A stretch of 64,000 nt of DNA from the NCBI GenBank assembly GCA_963842085.1, contig CAWJET010000001.1:1472001-1536000 (forward strand), written 5' to 3'. Both the position numbers and the translations under genes were made by a program. Below are positions 18,383 to 26,891 of the stretch, piece by piece (the first letter of the stretch is position 1; every line of letters starts with the position of its first letter). The notes beneath the pieces were generated by a model that had not been told where the DNA came from, did not search any database, and was given only the letters and a program-made list of their open reading frames with translations. Source of the DNA: an uncultured delta proteobacterium (GTDB lineage: Bacteria; Desulfobacterota; Binatia; Binatales; Binataceae).

Positions 18383-19606
18383 CTATCTCGCCAATTTATG
18401 GAACAACACTACTTCTTGGCTGGCTGGCGTTTTTCCTAGCTGGTCCGCGTGCCACTTACGATTAGGCACCGGCCTCCAGAGTCGGCCATCGTGCTCGTTG
18501 GCCATTATCGACAGCTGAATTTCCTCAAGGCCAGCCACGTTGTTCGCTTGGAGATACCGAGGCAGTTGCCACCAGGGTTCCGAAAAGGCGACGACCTGTA
18601 CCACAGTAGTATCTTCATCGCAGAGTCCGGCTATTGAATTCAGGGCAGCCTGCATCTGTTCGAAGTAGCTCCGTAGATTTGCAGCTTTGCGGTCGCCCAT
18701 GGAATAGAAGGCAGCTCCCGAACCATCGAGACGGTTAGCGATCCAAAATGGTGCCGGCGTTTCCTTGCGACCGTCCACTTGCCAGCGATGATAGAGAACG
18801 TGGATGCCTGGATAAGGTGGAGAGGTCAGAATCAGCTTCGGCTTTGCGTGATGCGGTATCTGTTGGTCATTTCCCACGTCTGCTGCGGACTTGTTTAGGC
18901 AACGAACGCTAGCGAGCCTACCGAGATTTTCACCTACGGCTGTTCGCAACTCACGAAGGCCGCCGATCATTTCCTTCGCCGACCGCATGAGCGATTCCCG
19001 GAACTCTTGAACGCCCGGTAGGCTCTTGCGACCATCGAGAGCCCGCTGCGCAGCTTTGAGAACAACACATCGCGCGAAAGCCTCCAACCTGGGCGAAGCA
19101 AGCTGGACAGCCGATGCAAGCGCTTGCTCGATCGCCTTGCGAAGACGCCACGTCATCCTGTTATCGAGATGACGATGGTAACCATTTTTCGCGTATTTTT
19201 CGAAATTGAAACCGGGGCGATGCATATCGACATGCGAGCGCAAACGCTTCGCCCACCGCTCCAGCATCTTGATTTCAGCATCTCTCAACAGGGTTGTTTT
19301 CACCTGAGCTACGAATACGGCTAGGGAACTAACATCTGTTCCGATAGCGTGGCGGCCTAGCGCAAGAGCCTCGACTAGAGTAGTTCCGCCTCCCATAAAC
19401 GGATCGACTATCAGATCACCGGGTGCAGTAAAGGCTTCTATCGCGGCCCGAACAAACTTCGGTGAGAACCTGGCCGGATACTTATAGAAGTTGTGTGTGA
19501 AACCGGAGACGTGTGCCGAATCTCGAGCAGCCTCCACAATCCGACGCTCCCACGCGCGGGTAGTGACATCCGACCCGTTCCTTCCTTCCCAGCTGACGAT
19601 GTTCAT
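18383..19606 (-). CDS. Site-specific DNA amino-methyltransferase (likely m4C, alpha-type motif order)
   Basis: YPARF, motif I DPFMGGGTT, then motif IV TSPPY. Confidence 0.85.
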   Translation of the reverse strand: MNIVSWEGRNGSDVTTRAWERRIVEAARDSAHVSGFTHNFYKYPARFSPKFVRAAIEAFTAPGDLIVDPFMGGGTTLVEALALGRHAIGTDVSSLAVFVAQVKTTLLRDAEIKMLERWAKRLRSHVDMHRPGFNFEKYAKNGYHRHLDNRMTWRLRKAIEQALASAVQLASPRLEAFARCVVLKAAQRALDGRKSLPGVQEFRESLMRSAKEMIGGLRELRTAVGENLGRLASVRCLNKSAADVGNDQQIPHHAKPKLILTSPPYPGIHVLYHRWQVDGRKETPAPFWIANRLDGSGAAFYSMGDRKAANLRSYFEQMQAALNSIAGLCDEDTTVVQVVAFSEPWWQLPRYLQANNVAGLEEIQLSIMANEHDGRLWRPVPNRKWHADQLGKTPASQEVVLFHKLAR

Positions 19607-19800
19607 GGTCTTGGTCGCCTCACATGAAAAAGAGGCATGTCGTCTGCGAGGAGTCGCTCAATTGCTTCGCGAACCATCCAAGCAGTAGAGACTCGATTCC
19701 TCCGGGCTAGCGCGAGCAACTCAGCGTGCTGTTCGCCCGACAAACTTACGGAGAGTCTTCGACTTTTCCTGTCCAGCGATTTGCGACGTGGAGACGACAT
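19603..19800 (-). CDS. Ribbon-helix-helix (CopG-like) regulator
   Basis: RLSVSL..ELLALARRNRVSTAWMVREAIERLL; 4-nt overlap with the MTase. Confidence 0.8.
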   Translation of the reverse strand: MSSPRRKSLDRKSRRLSVSLSGEQHAELLALARRNRVSTAWMVREAIERLLADDMPLFHVRRPRP

Positions 19801-19980
19801 TGAAAGTGTGCACCATTCTGCAATCGGTGCGTGAATGCGTTACTTTACACCACTCTGGTGCATACCTCAACTACCATCGTTCTTGATACGGTCATTCATT
19901 ACTCGCGGAATCTTCGATGGAGCCACCACCACGCAGTCATGGCCCAGCCTGCGCGGCGTCAACCATTTCTGCCGGACGCA

Positions 19981-21826
19981 TTGACTCACGATTTTTGTTA
20001 CCGGGTCGGTGGTGGTTGCCTCACGTAGACTGCTACCCAGCAGCGGAGCCGCTGCGGGGTGGTGGGGGAGATGGCGAGGCAACTGAGGATGGCAACACGC
20101 CGGGAACTGAAGAACGCAATTGGAGAACGGTATCAGGCGACAACAGAGCGGTGCGAGCGGCGGCAGATTTTGTCCGAGTTCGTACGCGTAACCGGGTATC
20201 ATCGGAAACACGCGCTGCGCGTGCTGAATCAACCGCTGGCGGTGCGAAGCCGCGGGGCGCGGGGGCGGCTGTACCACGAGGCGGTACATCAAGCACTGAT
20301 GGTCCTGTGGGAGGCCAGCGATCGCATCTGCGGGAAGCGGCTTCGGGTTCTGATCCCGGTGCTCATCGACGCTATGGAGCGTCACGGCCATCTCGCGCTC
20401 GATCCGATGGTAAGAAGCAGGCTCCTGGATGTCAGCGCCGCCACCATCGATCGGCTGCTCCAACCGCAACGCGAAGCGGCAGGACGCGCGCGGCGGCGGC
20501 GCTGGGGCGCGGGTTCGGCAATCAGGCAGAGCGTGCCGGTGCGGATCTTCGCCGATTGGGGCGACCCTCCGCCGGGTTATTTCGAGTGCGATATGGTCGA
20601 GCACTGCGGCGGAATGCAGGAAGGCGGCAACTTCGTTCATACGTTGACCCTGACCGATATTCACAGCGGCTGGACCGAATGCGCCGCCCTTACGGTGCGC
20701 GAACAGAGTCTCGTGGTGGAAGGAATCGGCGCCATCGCCCAGCGCCTTCCATTCGCGCTGCGCGGCCTCGATACCGACAACGACACCGCCTTCATGAACG
20801 AGACGCTGCGCAGGGCTATTGCGACCGCCAGCGCATCGAATGGACCCGGTCGCGCTCTTACCACAAGAACGATCAGGCTTGGGTCGAGCAGAAGAACGGC
20901 GCGGTGGTGCGCCGGCTCGCGGGATACGGGAGATTGAGCGGGCTTGCCGCGGCCGCGACGCTCCAGCGCCTGTACGAGAGCGCGCGCCTTTATGTCAATT
21001 TTTTCCAGCCGTCGTTCAAGCTGGCGAGCAAGCAACGCCACGGAGCGCAGGTGAGTAAACGCTACCAGCCGCTCACGCCGTACCAGCGGCTGCTGGCCTC
21101 CGATGCAGTCGAGGAGACGGTTAAGCAACACCTGCGCGCGCAGTTTGCTGCGCCCGACCCGGTGGCGCTCCTGGAGACCATCCGCGAGGCACAGCAAGAG
21201 TTGCTGGCGTTGAATCATGAGGACCGCACGTCCGCCGCTACGGCGCAACCGCGGTATTTCGCTGCATTCGCGACCGCGTGGCACAGCAATAACCGCGCGC
21301 CCAGCGCGCGGAGAAAGATGGCCGCCAAGCACTGGTGGAGAACCCGCGTCGATCCGTTCGCGGAAAGTTGGCCACTCGTGGAAGGCTGGCTCGCGGCGGA
21401 ACCGAATATCGCCGGCAAGGAACTTATGTTGCGGCTGACCAATCAGCTTCCAGATCTTTATCCCACCGGCGCCCAACTTCGCACCTTGCAGCGGCGAGTG
21501 AAGGCCTGGCGCGCACAGTGGGCGCGCCATCTCGTGTTTGCCTGCAGCGCCGCTGCTCGAGCGGAACACGAAGCCGGCGTAATCCCAACCGAGACGATCT
21601 CGGCTCGCTGACGGACTAGATCTGGATCCAAGAAAGAAGTCCGAGGAAATGGGAACCGAGCTAATCGCCGCGATTGACAGCGCGAGGCCGAGAGAAGCAG
21701 CGTGCCCACTGAGCGCCAGTGGCTTTTCACGCGGACGGGCGAGAAGGGGCAGCCCCTCCTCGCGCTCCACCCCAGGACGGAACAGTGACGATTATCGGGG
21801 AGTAACATTTTTGGTTGAGGCAACAC
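19981..21826 (+). mobile_element. IS with an rve-type DDE transposase (ISNCY/IS481-like); ends approximate
   Basis: End motifs GTTGCCTCACGTAGACTGCTACC (20015) and inverted GTAACATTTTTGGTTGAGGCAAC (~21802-21824); related motif at 19981. Confidence 0.65.
20071..21611 (+). pseudogene. Integrase-core transposase, frameshifted at ~20810
   Basis: GYFECDMVEHCG and DTDND in one frame; SRSYHKNDQAWVEQKN and WRTRVDPF continue in another. Confidence 0.85.
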
Positions 21827-21844
21827 GACCGGCAGATTTAATTG

Positions 21845-22087
21845 TCGTTGATCACCCAGCCCTATGAGCTGACGATGAAGCCCGTATCCGCATCCACCGG
21901 CCTCATAAGCGTAGAGCACGCTCGGGTACAACCGGCCAATCTTCCGCGCTAACTTGATTACCGCTGCGGCCTCGTTACGAATCTCGCCTAGAAACCGAAC
22001 TTCGCCGCTGCGGCCCTTTTCGGCAACTGCGATCGCGATGCTCTCTTTGTGAACGTCCAGACCGACAAACGCGTTATGATCGCCCAT
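21845..22087 (-). pseudogene. IS110 family transposase, N-terminal fragment
   Basis: FVGLDVHKESI and YEAGGCGY DEDD motifs; truncated next to the neighbouring IS end. Confidence 0.85.
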
Positions 22088-22194
22088 GGCCCGTCCCCTA
22101 TGCGTGAGGTTAGGTGCCAGCTCCATCGCCGGCGCAACCCTCGATACCGCATAGCCGGTGACGGGCCAACCCGTTCATCCGGTCATATCGTCTG
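22088..22194 (-). ncRNA. Non-coding left end of IS110 (candidate bridge-RNA region)
   Basis: Nested stems (GCCCGTC/GACGGGC, ATGCG/CGCAT, GAGGGTT/AACCTC) upstream of the transposase start. Confidence 0.45.
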
Positions 22195-22284
22195 CTGCTC
22201 CTCCGTGAAGCGGCTTCCTTTCATTGCCCGTCTCCTTTTCAGGCGACGGACTCTACCTCATTTCGGCGTAGTTTTCGGGGTGCA
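22195..22284 (-). mobile_element. IS3-family left-end remnant (IRL plus orfA start)
   Basis: AGGAG SD and MKGSRFTEEQ starting at 22224; IRL TGGCC|TGCACCCCGAAAA is rebuilt when the IS1111 is removed. Confidence 0.7.
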
Positions 22285-22334
22285 TGTATGGACCCAGCCC
22301 CGTGCGCAAGGCTGTCGCTCCGACGATCTGATAT

Positions 22335-22495
22335 CCGGTTGCAGGCATGTATCCGGCCTCTCGAATGGAACATGGTTGGTGTTCCGGGCCATGATGGATA
22401 TCCGCACGTCTTCCACTCGTCAGGCCATCGGCCTCATGGGCCTTGCACCCCAACAGGTTTGGAAAACGCCGGTCCGACCGGCTCGCCATCAGCAG
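22335..22495 (-). ncRNA. Bridge/seek RNA of the IS1111 element (boundaries approximate)
   Basis: Guides GGGGTGCA and TGGCCTG match the insertion site; CCATCATG and ATACATG match the circle junction. Confidence 0.8.
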
Positions 22496-22539
22496 ACAAC
22501 CTTCGCAACTCCTTGGCAAGTTTTTTCCCGGCGGCCCCC

Positions 22540-23561
22540 TCAGGCGGCAGCCGGGACGCGGTACTCTTCAGCGCGGGTGAGCAACGCCCACACCACTCGC
22601 GCGTTCTTATTGGCCAACGCTACCGCCGCGATGTTTGACCCGCGTCGTTCCTTGAGCTTTTCAACCCAACGGCTGCGTGGGTCGCGTTTGCGCGCGACGT
22701 GTCGCAAAGTCGAGCGCGCCCCATGGATTAGCAATGTGCGTAGATAGCGATCGCCGCGCTTGCTGATACCAAGCAGCACGGTGCGCTCGCCGCTCGAGTG
22801 CTGGCGCGGCACCAGTCCAAGCCACGCACTCAGCTCCCGCCCGCTGTGGAACTGCCGAGCATCGCCCACCGCTGCTATCATCGCCGTAGCTGTCAACGGG
22901 CCGATTCCCTCTACCGCCATTAGCCGAATCGCTCGTTCGTCCGCGCGTGCCAGCCCTGTGATACGCAGGTCATAGCGCCTGAGCCGCTCCTCGAACAGCC
23001 GCAGGCGCTCGCTCATCTCGGAAAGTATCTCACGCAAGAGATCGCTCACCCGGGCTTCGTGGTCCGCGACGATCGTCGCTAGCGCCCGGCGCAGCGCGAG
23101 TGCTCCCTGCGCAACTACGACCCCGTATTCGGCCAGCAGTCCGCGCATCTCATTCATCAGCGCCGTCCGCTCGCGGATCAGTAACGATCGCACCCGATGT
23201 AGTGCCATCATGTCCTGTTGCGCCTGGCTCTTGATCGCGACGAAGCGCATCGACGGCCGCCCCACCGCCTCGCAGATCGCTTCCGCGTCCCGCGCATCAT
23301 TCTTGTTCGACTTCACATAGGGGCGGACGAACCGCGGACTCATCAACCTGACTTCGTGCCCGAGCTTGGTCATCTCGCGCGCCCAGTAGTGCGCGCCGCC
23401 GCACGCTTCCATCCCCACCAAGCAGGGTTGAAGCCGAGCTTGAACGATAACAACTGCCGGCGCCGCAGCTCGCGCTGCACCACGGTCTTTCCCCGACTAT
23501 CGACCCCGTGCACTCGAAACACGTTCTTTGCCAAGTCGATACCCAACGTTCTAATGTTCAT
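22540..23561 (-). pseudogene. IS110/IS1111 recombinase with a 1-nt deletion at ~23440
   Basis: GIDLAKN, MEACG, KNDARDA and GLVPRQHSSG motifs split over two frames. Confidence 0.88.
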
Positions 23562-23815
23562 CTTCAGACCCTCCCTCGCTCATCGTCGTGATGGCGTCTG
23601 CCATCCTGGCCCATTTAGAGGCCGCATAGAAAAGCGAGGGCTGGGTCCATCCCATCAGGCCAAAAGCCGCGAAGCGTGCGGCGCGATCAATCCTCACAGA
23701 CCAAGCGCGGTCTTCATTGAAGCAAAGAGCCTTCTTCGAGCCGGAGTATATACTTGACGCAAATCAGGGGTTGGGTACGGCGGAACCGCGTGGAATGAAA
23801 ACTGAGACTGTCAGA

Positions 23816-24127
23816 TCAGAGATTGTACCAAGCGGTGTGAAGCGCGTTCAGAGCGTTCAGGAGCGTTTGCGGTGGAGCCGACTCTGCGGCAAGGGCATCC
23901 AGCATCGGTTGAGTCAAATTCTGTTCAATATGTTTGAGACGCGCTGCGCTGATGTGGCCCGAACTGAACTCATCAATAAGGGCTTGGAGCAACGAGATCA
24001 GAGAACCATAGAGAGCGGGACGCTGGAAAAAGTGCTGTTCAACCAGCTGCAGCAACTCGCGAAGATTGGTTTCGTAGAGTCCGCTTTTGATCAGATTTTG
24101 CGCTTTTGCCTTTATCGCCGGGTCCAT
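23816..24127 (-). CDS. Hypothetical alpha-helical protein (103 aa)
   Basis: Open frame overlapping the 3' end of the pyrE-like gene; no recognised motif. Confidence 0.55.
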   Translation of the reverse strand: MDPAIKAKAQNLIKSGLYETNLRELLQLVEQHFFQRPALYGSLISLLQALIDEFSSGHISAARLKHIEQNLTQPMLDALAAESAPPQTLLNALNALHTAWYNL

Positions 24128-24686
24128 CAAAATTTCTAAGATCGCTGAGCGTGAAAAGAGCGTGAAATCTAACGCCCATCGCTTCAATATTCTTACGACC
24201 GTTTGATTCTTCGCGATCCACCATCGCAATTACGTGATCAACCTTCAAACCAGCCTGCCGAACAGTCTCTATTGCTTGAATTGCAGAGCTGCCCGAAGTA
24301 ATCACGTCATCGACAATCAGCACGCGGTCGCCCGATTTCGTGTCTCCGGCAATCAACGATGTTATTCCATGCTTTTTGTGATCCTTCCGAACAACGAACA
24401 CTCGAATCTTTTTCCCAGTGTCTCTGTAAATCTTGTCCGAGACGGAAGTAGCGATCGGGTAGGCCCCAAGCTCCAATCCCCCGATGGCATCCATCGGCAC
24501 ATGACCGAGCTTCTCAACGATTAAGGTCGCAAGGCAATCGCGCGTTTCTGGATCGGACAGGCCCTTCTTGCAGTCAACGTAATATTTGCTATCGATCCCT
24601 GAAGCGAGGTGGTAGATCGGAGCATCGCTCTCCAAATACGACGTGCGCCTAAGGATTTCGAGCAACCTGCGACGTTCTGAAGCCAT
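24039..24686 (-). CDS. pyrE: Orotate phosphoribosyltransferase-like type I PRTase
   Basis: LASG..S.YYVD, GLELGAYP, RKDHKKHG and VLIVDDVITSGSS PRPP motif. Confidence 0.8.
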   Translation of the reverse strand: MASERRRLLEILRRTSYLESDAPIYHLASGIDSKYYVDCKKGLSDPETRDCLATLIVEKLGHVPMDAIGGLELGAYPIATSVSDKIYRDTGKKIRVFVVRKDHKKHGITSLIAGDTKSGDRVLIVDDVITSGSSAIQAIETVRQAGLKVDHVIAMVDREESNGRKNIEAMGVRFHALFTLSDLRNFDGPGDKGKSAKSDQKRTLRNQSSRVAAAG

Positions 24687-24827
24687 TGACCCCTCCGCCT
24701 CCACAGCCTTCTTCGGCAGGTTTGTCATTGTGATTGGGCGGATATTATTAGAATCGGTAATCCAAAAGCAACCAAGCACAAGCTATCAATACACAGGAGC
24801 TTGCGCTCTGTGGATAATAGTACGGCG

Positions 24828-24969
24828 TTAGTCGGATTCGGGCCAGCCCTCAGCAGGACGCTTCTTCTTCAATGATTCCTCGATTGCGTCCTTCCAATTG
24901 CCTTCGAGTTTCAGAATCTCCGGCTAGGGTCCAGGCGTCTTTTTTTCCCGGGCTCGTTTTTGCTTTCAC
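24828..24969 (-). pseudogene. Small basic ORF coupled to the IS1595 remnant (frameshift plus internal stop)
   Basis: GTG overlaps the remnant's TGA; reads ..PGP*PEILKLEGNWKDAIEESLKKKRPAEGWPESD after a shift in an A7 run. Confidence 0.45.
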
Positions 24970-25578
24970 GGGATCGGCGTCGCTAACAGTTTCTCGAACA
25001 TCAGACGCTTGCGGTCGGCCTGGACCTGATCTGTGTCGCGCAAATGGTCCGCCAATACCGCATTTGTAGACTGCCACGCTATGAGTCATCAGGTGCGAGC
25101 CGTCGAGTTTTTTCGAGGAAATGCACCTGGGGGGGAAACGGGACCGTGTTGCCCGCTGTGCGGTGGCGAGATTCAACGGGAATCCAGAATTGAGGCATCT
25201 GTAGAAATCCGGAACAGTCGATCAATCCTAACTAGGCTGTGCTGTAGGGACCCTCGGCAAGAATCGGTATCGCTCAGCTACCTCTGCCCAGGGCCTCGGT
25301 TGACATGGAGTGACGCGGAGCGATGCCAGCCAATACCGACGAAAAACGCCAATTCCGCTACTCTCATGCAAGAGGTCCCTGGTTCGGTGCGTTCGCCAAC
25401 ACAATTCCTCACGCATGGCATGAAAAGTCCTGTAGCGTTCAGCAGTCGAGCGCGTAACTGTTGAAAGCAGTGAACCCATGCTCCAGCCAAGTCCTTGCAG
25501 CTTCGTGCCGCCGCCTACATCACGCCTACATGAGTGTCGCTTTGGAACCATAGCGATGCGCTAAGTATTTGATTTTAT

Positions 25579-25655
25579 TGGTGGAGCTGAGCGGGATCGA
25601 ACCGCCGACCTCCTGAATGCCATTCAGGCGCTCTCCCAAACTGAGCTACAGCCCC
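25579..25655 (-). tRNA. tRNA-Ala(GGC)
   Basis: GGGGCTG...CAGCTCCACCA acceptor stem with encoded CCA; anticodon arm CCTGA-ATGGCAT-TCAGG; GTTCGA T-loop. Confidence 0.97.
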
Positions 25656-25712
25656 ACCGCGGGCGAGACTTTTCAGCTAATCGGATACCGTGCGTGGAGT
25701 CAACCGACCTGT

Positions 25713-26813
25713 TCAGGCGAAGCCGTAAAGCGCTGCGACATTTTCCGACGTCATCAGCCGGCGCTCGTCGTCGGGCACACCTTCGAAGTCGCGTGCGATG
25801 ACCGCGAGTGAATTCGGCCAGGTCGAATCCGAATGCGGAAAGTCCGATCCCCACATCAGGCTCTTGACGCCGATAAAATGCCGCGTCACCACGCCGACGC
25901 GATCGTCCTGAAACGTCGCCGCAACCTGCCGCCGAAAATAGTAACTGGGCGGATTCGCAATCGCCGTTTTCTCCAGGTAGCGATACTTCTCGTACGAATG
26001 GTCGAGGCGTTGGAGAAAATGCGGAATCCATCCGATATCGTTTTCGACCGATACCAGCCTGAGCTTGGGGAAGCGTTCGAGCACGCCGGCAAAAATAATT
26101 TCGGTGAGCGATCGCTCGACCGAATGATGCAGCGACGGGTAGCCTTTCATCACGCTTTGAAAATCGCTGCCGCCGCGCCGCTCGGTCAGGATGTGCAGGC
26201 TGATCGGCGTTCCGAGATCGTGCGCCGCCGCCCAAAATGGATCGTATGACGGGTCGCTGTAAGGACGCTCTGCCGGCGCGGCGCCCCAAATCATCGCGCC
26301 GCGCAGACCCTTGTTCGCCGCGCGCCGAAGTTCCTCGACTCCTTCGAGCGGATCGTCGAGCGAAATCATCGCGACTCCCGCCAGGCGCCGCGGGCAATGC
26401 GAACAATAGTCGGCCAGCCAGTCGTTGTACGCGCGGAAGCTGGCGGCGCGCAGCTCACCGTCTTCCATTTGAAACAGGCGCATCCCGAGACTCGGGTACA
26501 GCACCTCGCCCGAAACGCCGTCGCGCTCCTGGTCTTTTATTCGGAGATCGGGATCCCACGCGCTCGGACGAACGCCGGGGTAACCGCCCGCCATCTTTTC
26601 GGCAAAGTCCCTGGGATCGACGCCGGCGACCGCGAATCCCGCAACCGGGAACGGGCGGAGTCCTTCGGCAACAAAGAAATCGCCTTCGCGACTACCGGCG
26701 CGCTTGATAACGCGCGGCGCTCGGTCGAGAAAGCGCTTGTCAATTCGCGCGGTCCACACGTCGGCGGGCTCGATCACGTGGGAATCCGCGGACAGGATTT
26801 TCTGCGCGTCCAT
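25713..26813 (-). CDS. Amidohydrolase_2 family protein
   Basis: SADSHVIEP and WGSDFPH motifs. Confidence 0.9.
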   Translation of the reverse strand: MDAQKILSADSHVIEPADVWTARIDKRFLDRAPRVIKRAGSREGDFFVAEGLRPFPVAGFAVAGVDPRDFAEKMAGGYPGVRPSAWDPDLRIKDQERDGVSGEVLYPSLGMRLFQMEDGELRAASFRAYNDWLADYCSHCPRRLAGVAMISLDDPLEGVEELRRAANKGLRGAMIWGAAPAERPYSDPSYDPFWAAAHDLGTPISLHILTERRGGSDFQSVMKGYPSLHHSVERSLTEIIFAGVLERFPKLRLVSVENDIGWIPHFLQRLDHSYEKYRYLEKTAIANPPSYYFRRQVAATFQDDRVGVVTRHFIGVKSLMWGSDFPHSDSTWPNSLAVIARDFEGVPDDERRLMTSENVAALYGFA

Positions 26814-26891
26814 AGCTGGGTCCTCCTCTCCAATTAAGCGGGAGCCTGATCGCCGTTTAGCGCCGGGGACGAAGCGGCGTCAAGCGCGCGG

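Larger units (their letters stand above)
22285..23657 (-). mobile_element. IS1111-group (IS110 family) element
   Basis: 13-bp sub-terminal IR ATGGACCCAGCCC (22288-22300 and 23638-23650), placed 3 and 7 nt from the inferred ends; no TSD; TG core. Confidence 0.9.
23743..25022 (-). mobile_element. Decayed IS1595-type element with passenger genes
   Basis: TIR-like GGAGTATATACTTGACGCAAA at 23743; transposase C-terminal remnant QADRKRLMFEKLL at 25022-24966. Confidence 0.55.
13641..25578. mobile_element. Decayed genomic island integrated at tRNA-Ala
   Basis: Flanked by the tRNA and its 3' duplicate; dense in IS elements and pseudogenes; no integrase ORF recognised. Confidence 0.85.

Noticed and set aside
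15928-19606. MTase plus AAA/TPR as an intact Avs/BREX-like defence system
   Set aside because: The ATPase lacks Walker A and an effector domain, so the adjacency is best explained by a deletion
20790-20830. Programmed ribosomal frameshift in the rve transposase
   Set aside because: No slippery heptamer; it looks like a 2-nt CG insertion (mutation or sequencing error)
24923-24927. In-frame TAG as pyrrolysine or readthrough
   Set aside because: The same small ORF also has a frameshift and lies in a decayed element; no pyl genes in the window
25200-25560. Integrase remnant next to the tRNA
   Set aside because: No tyrosine- or serine-recombinase motif recognised in the listed frames
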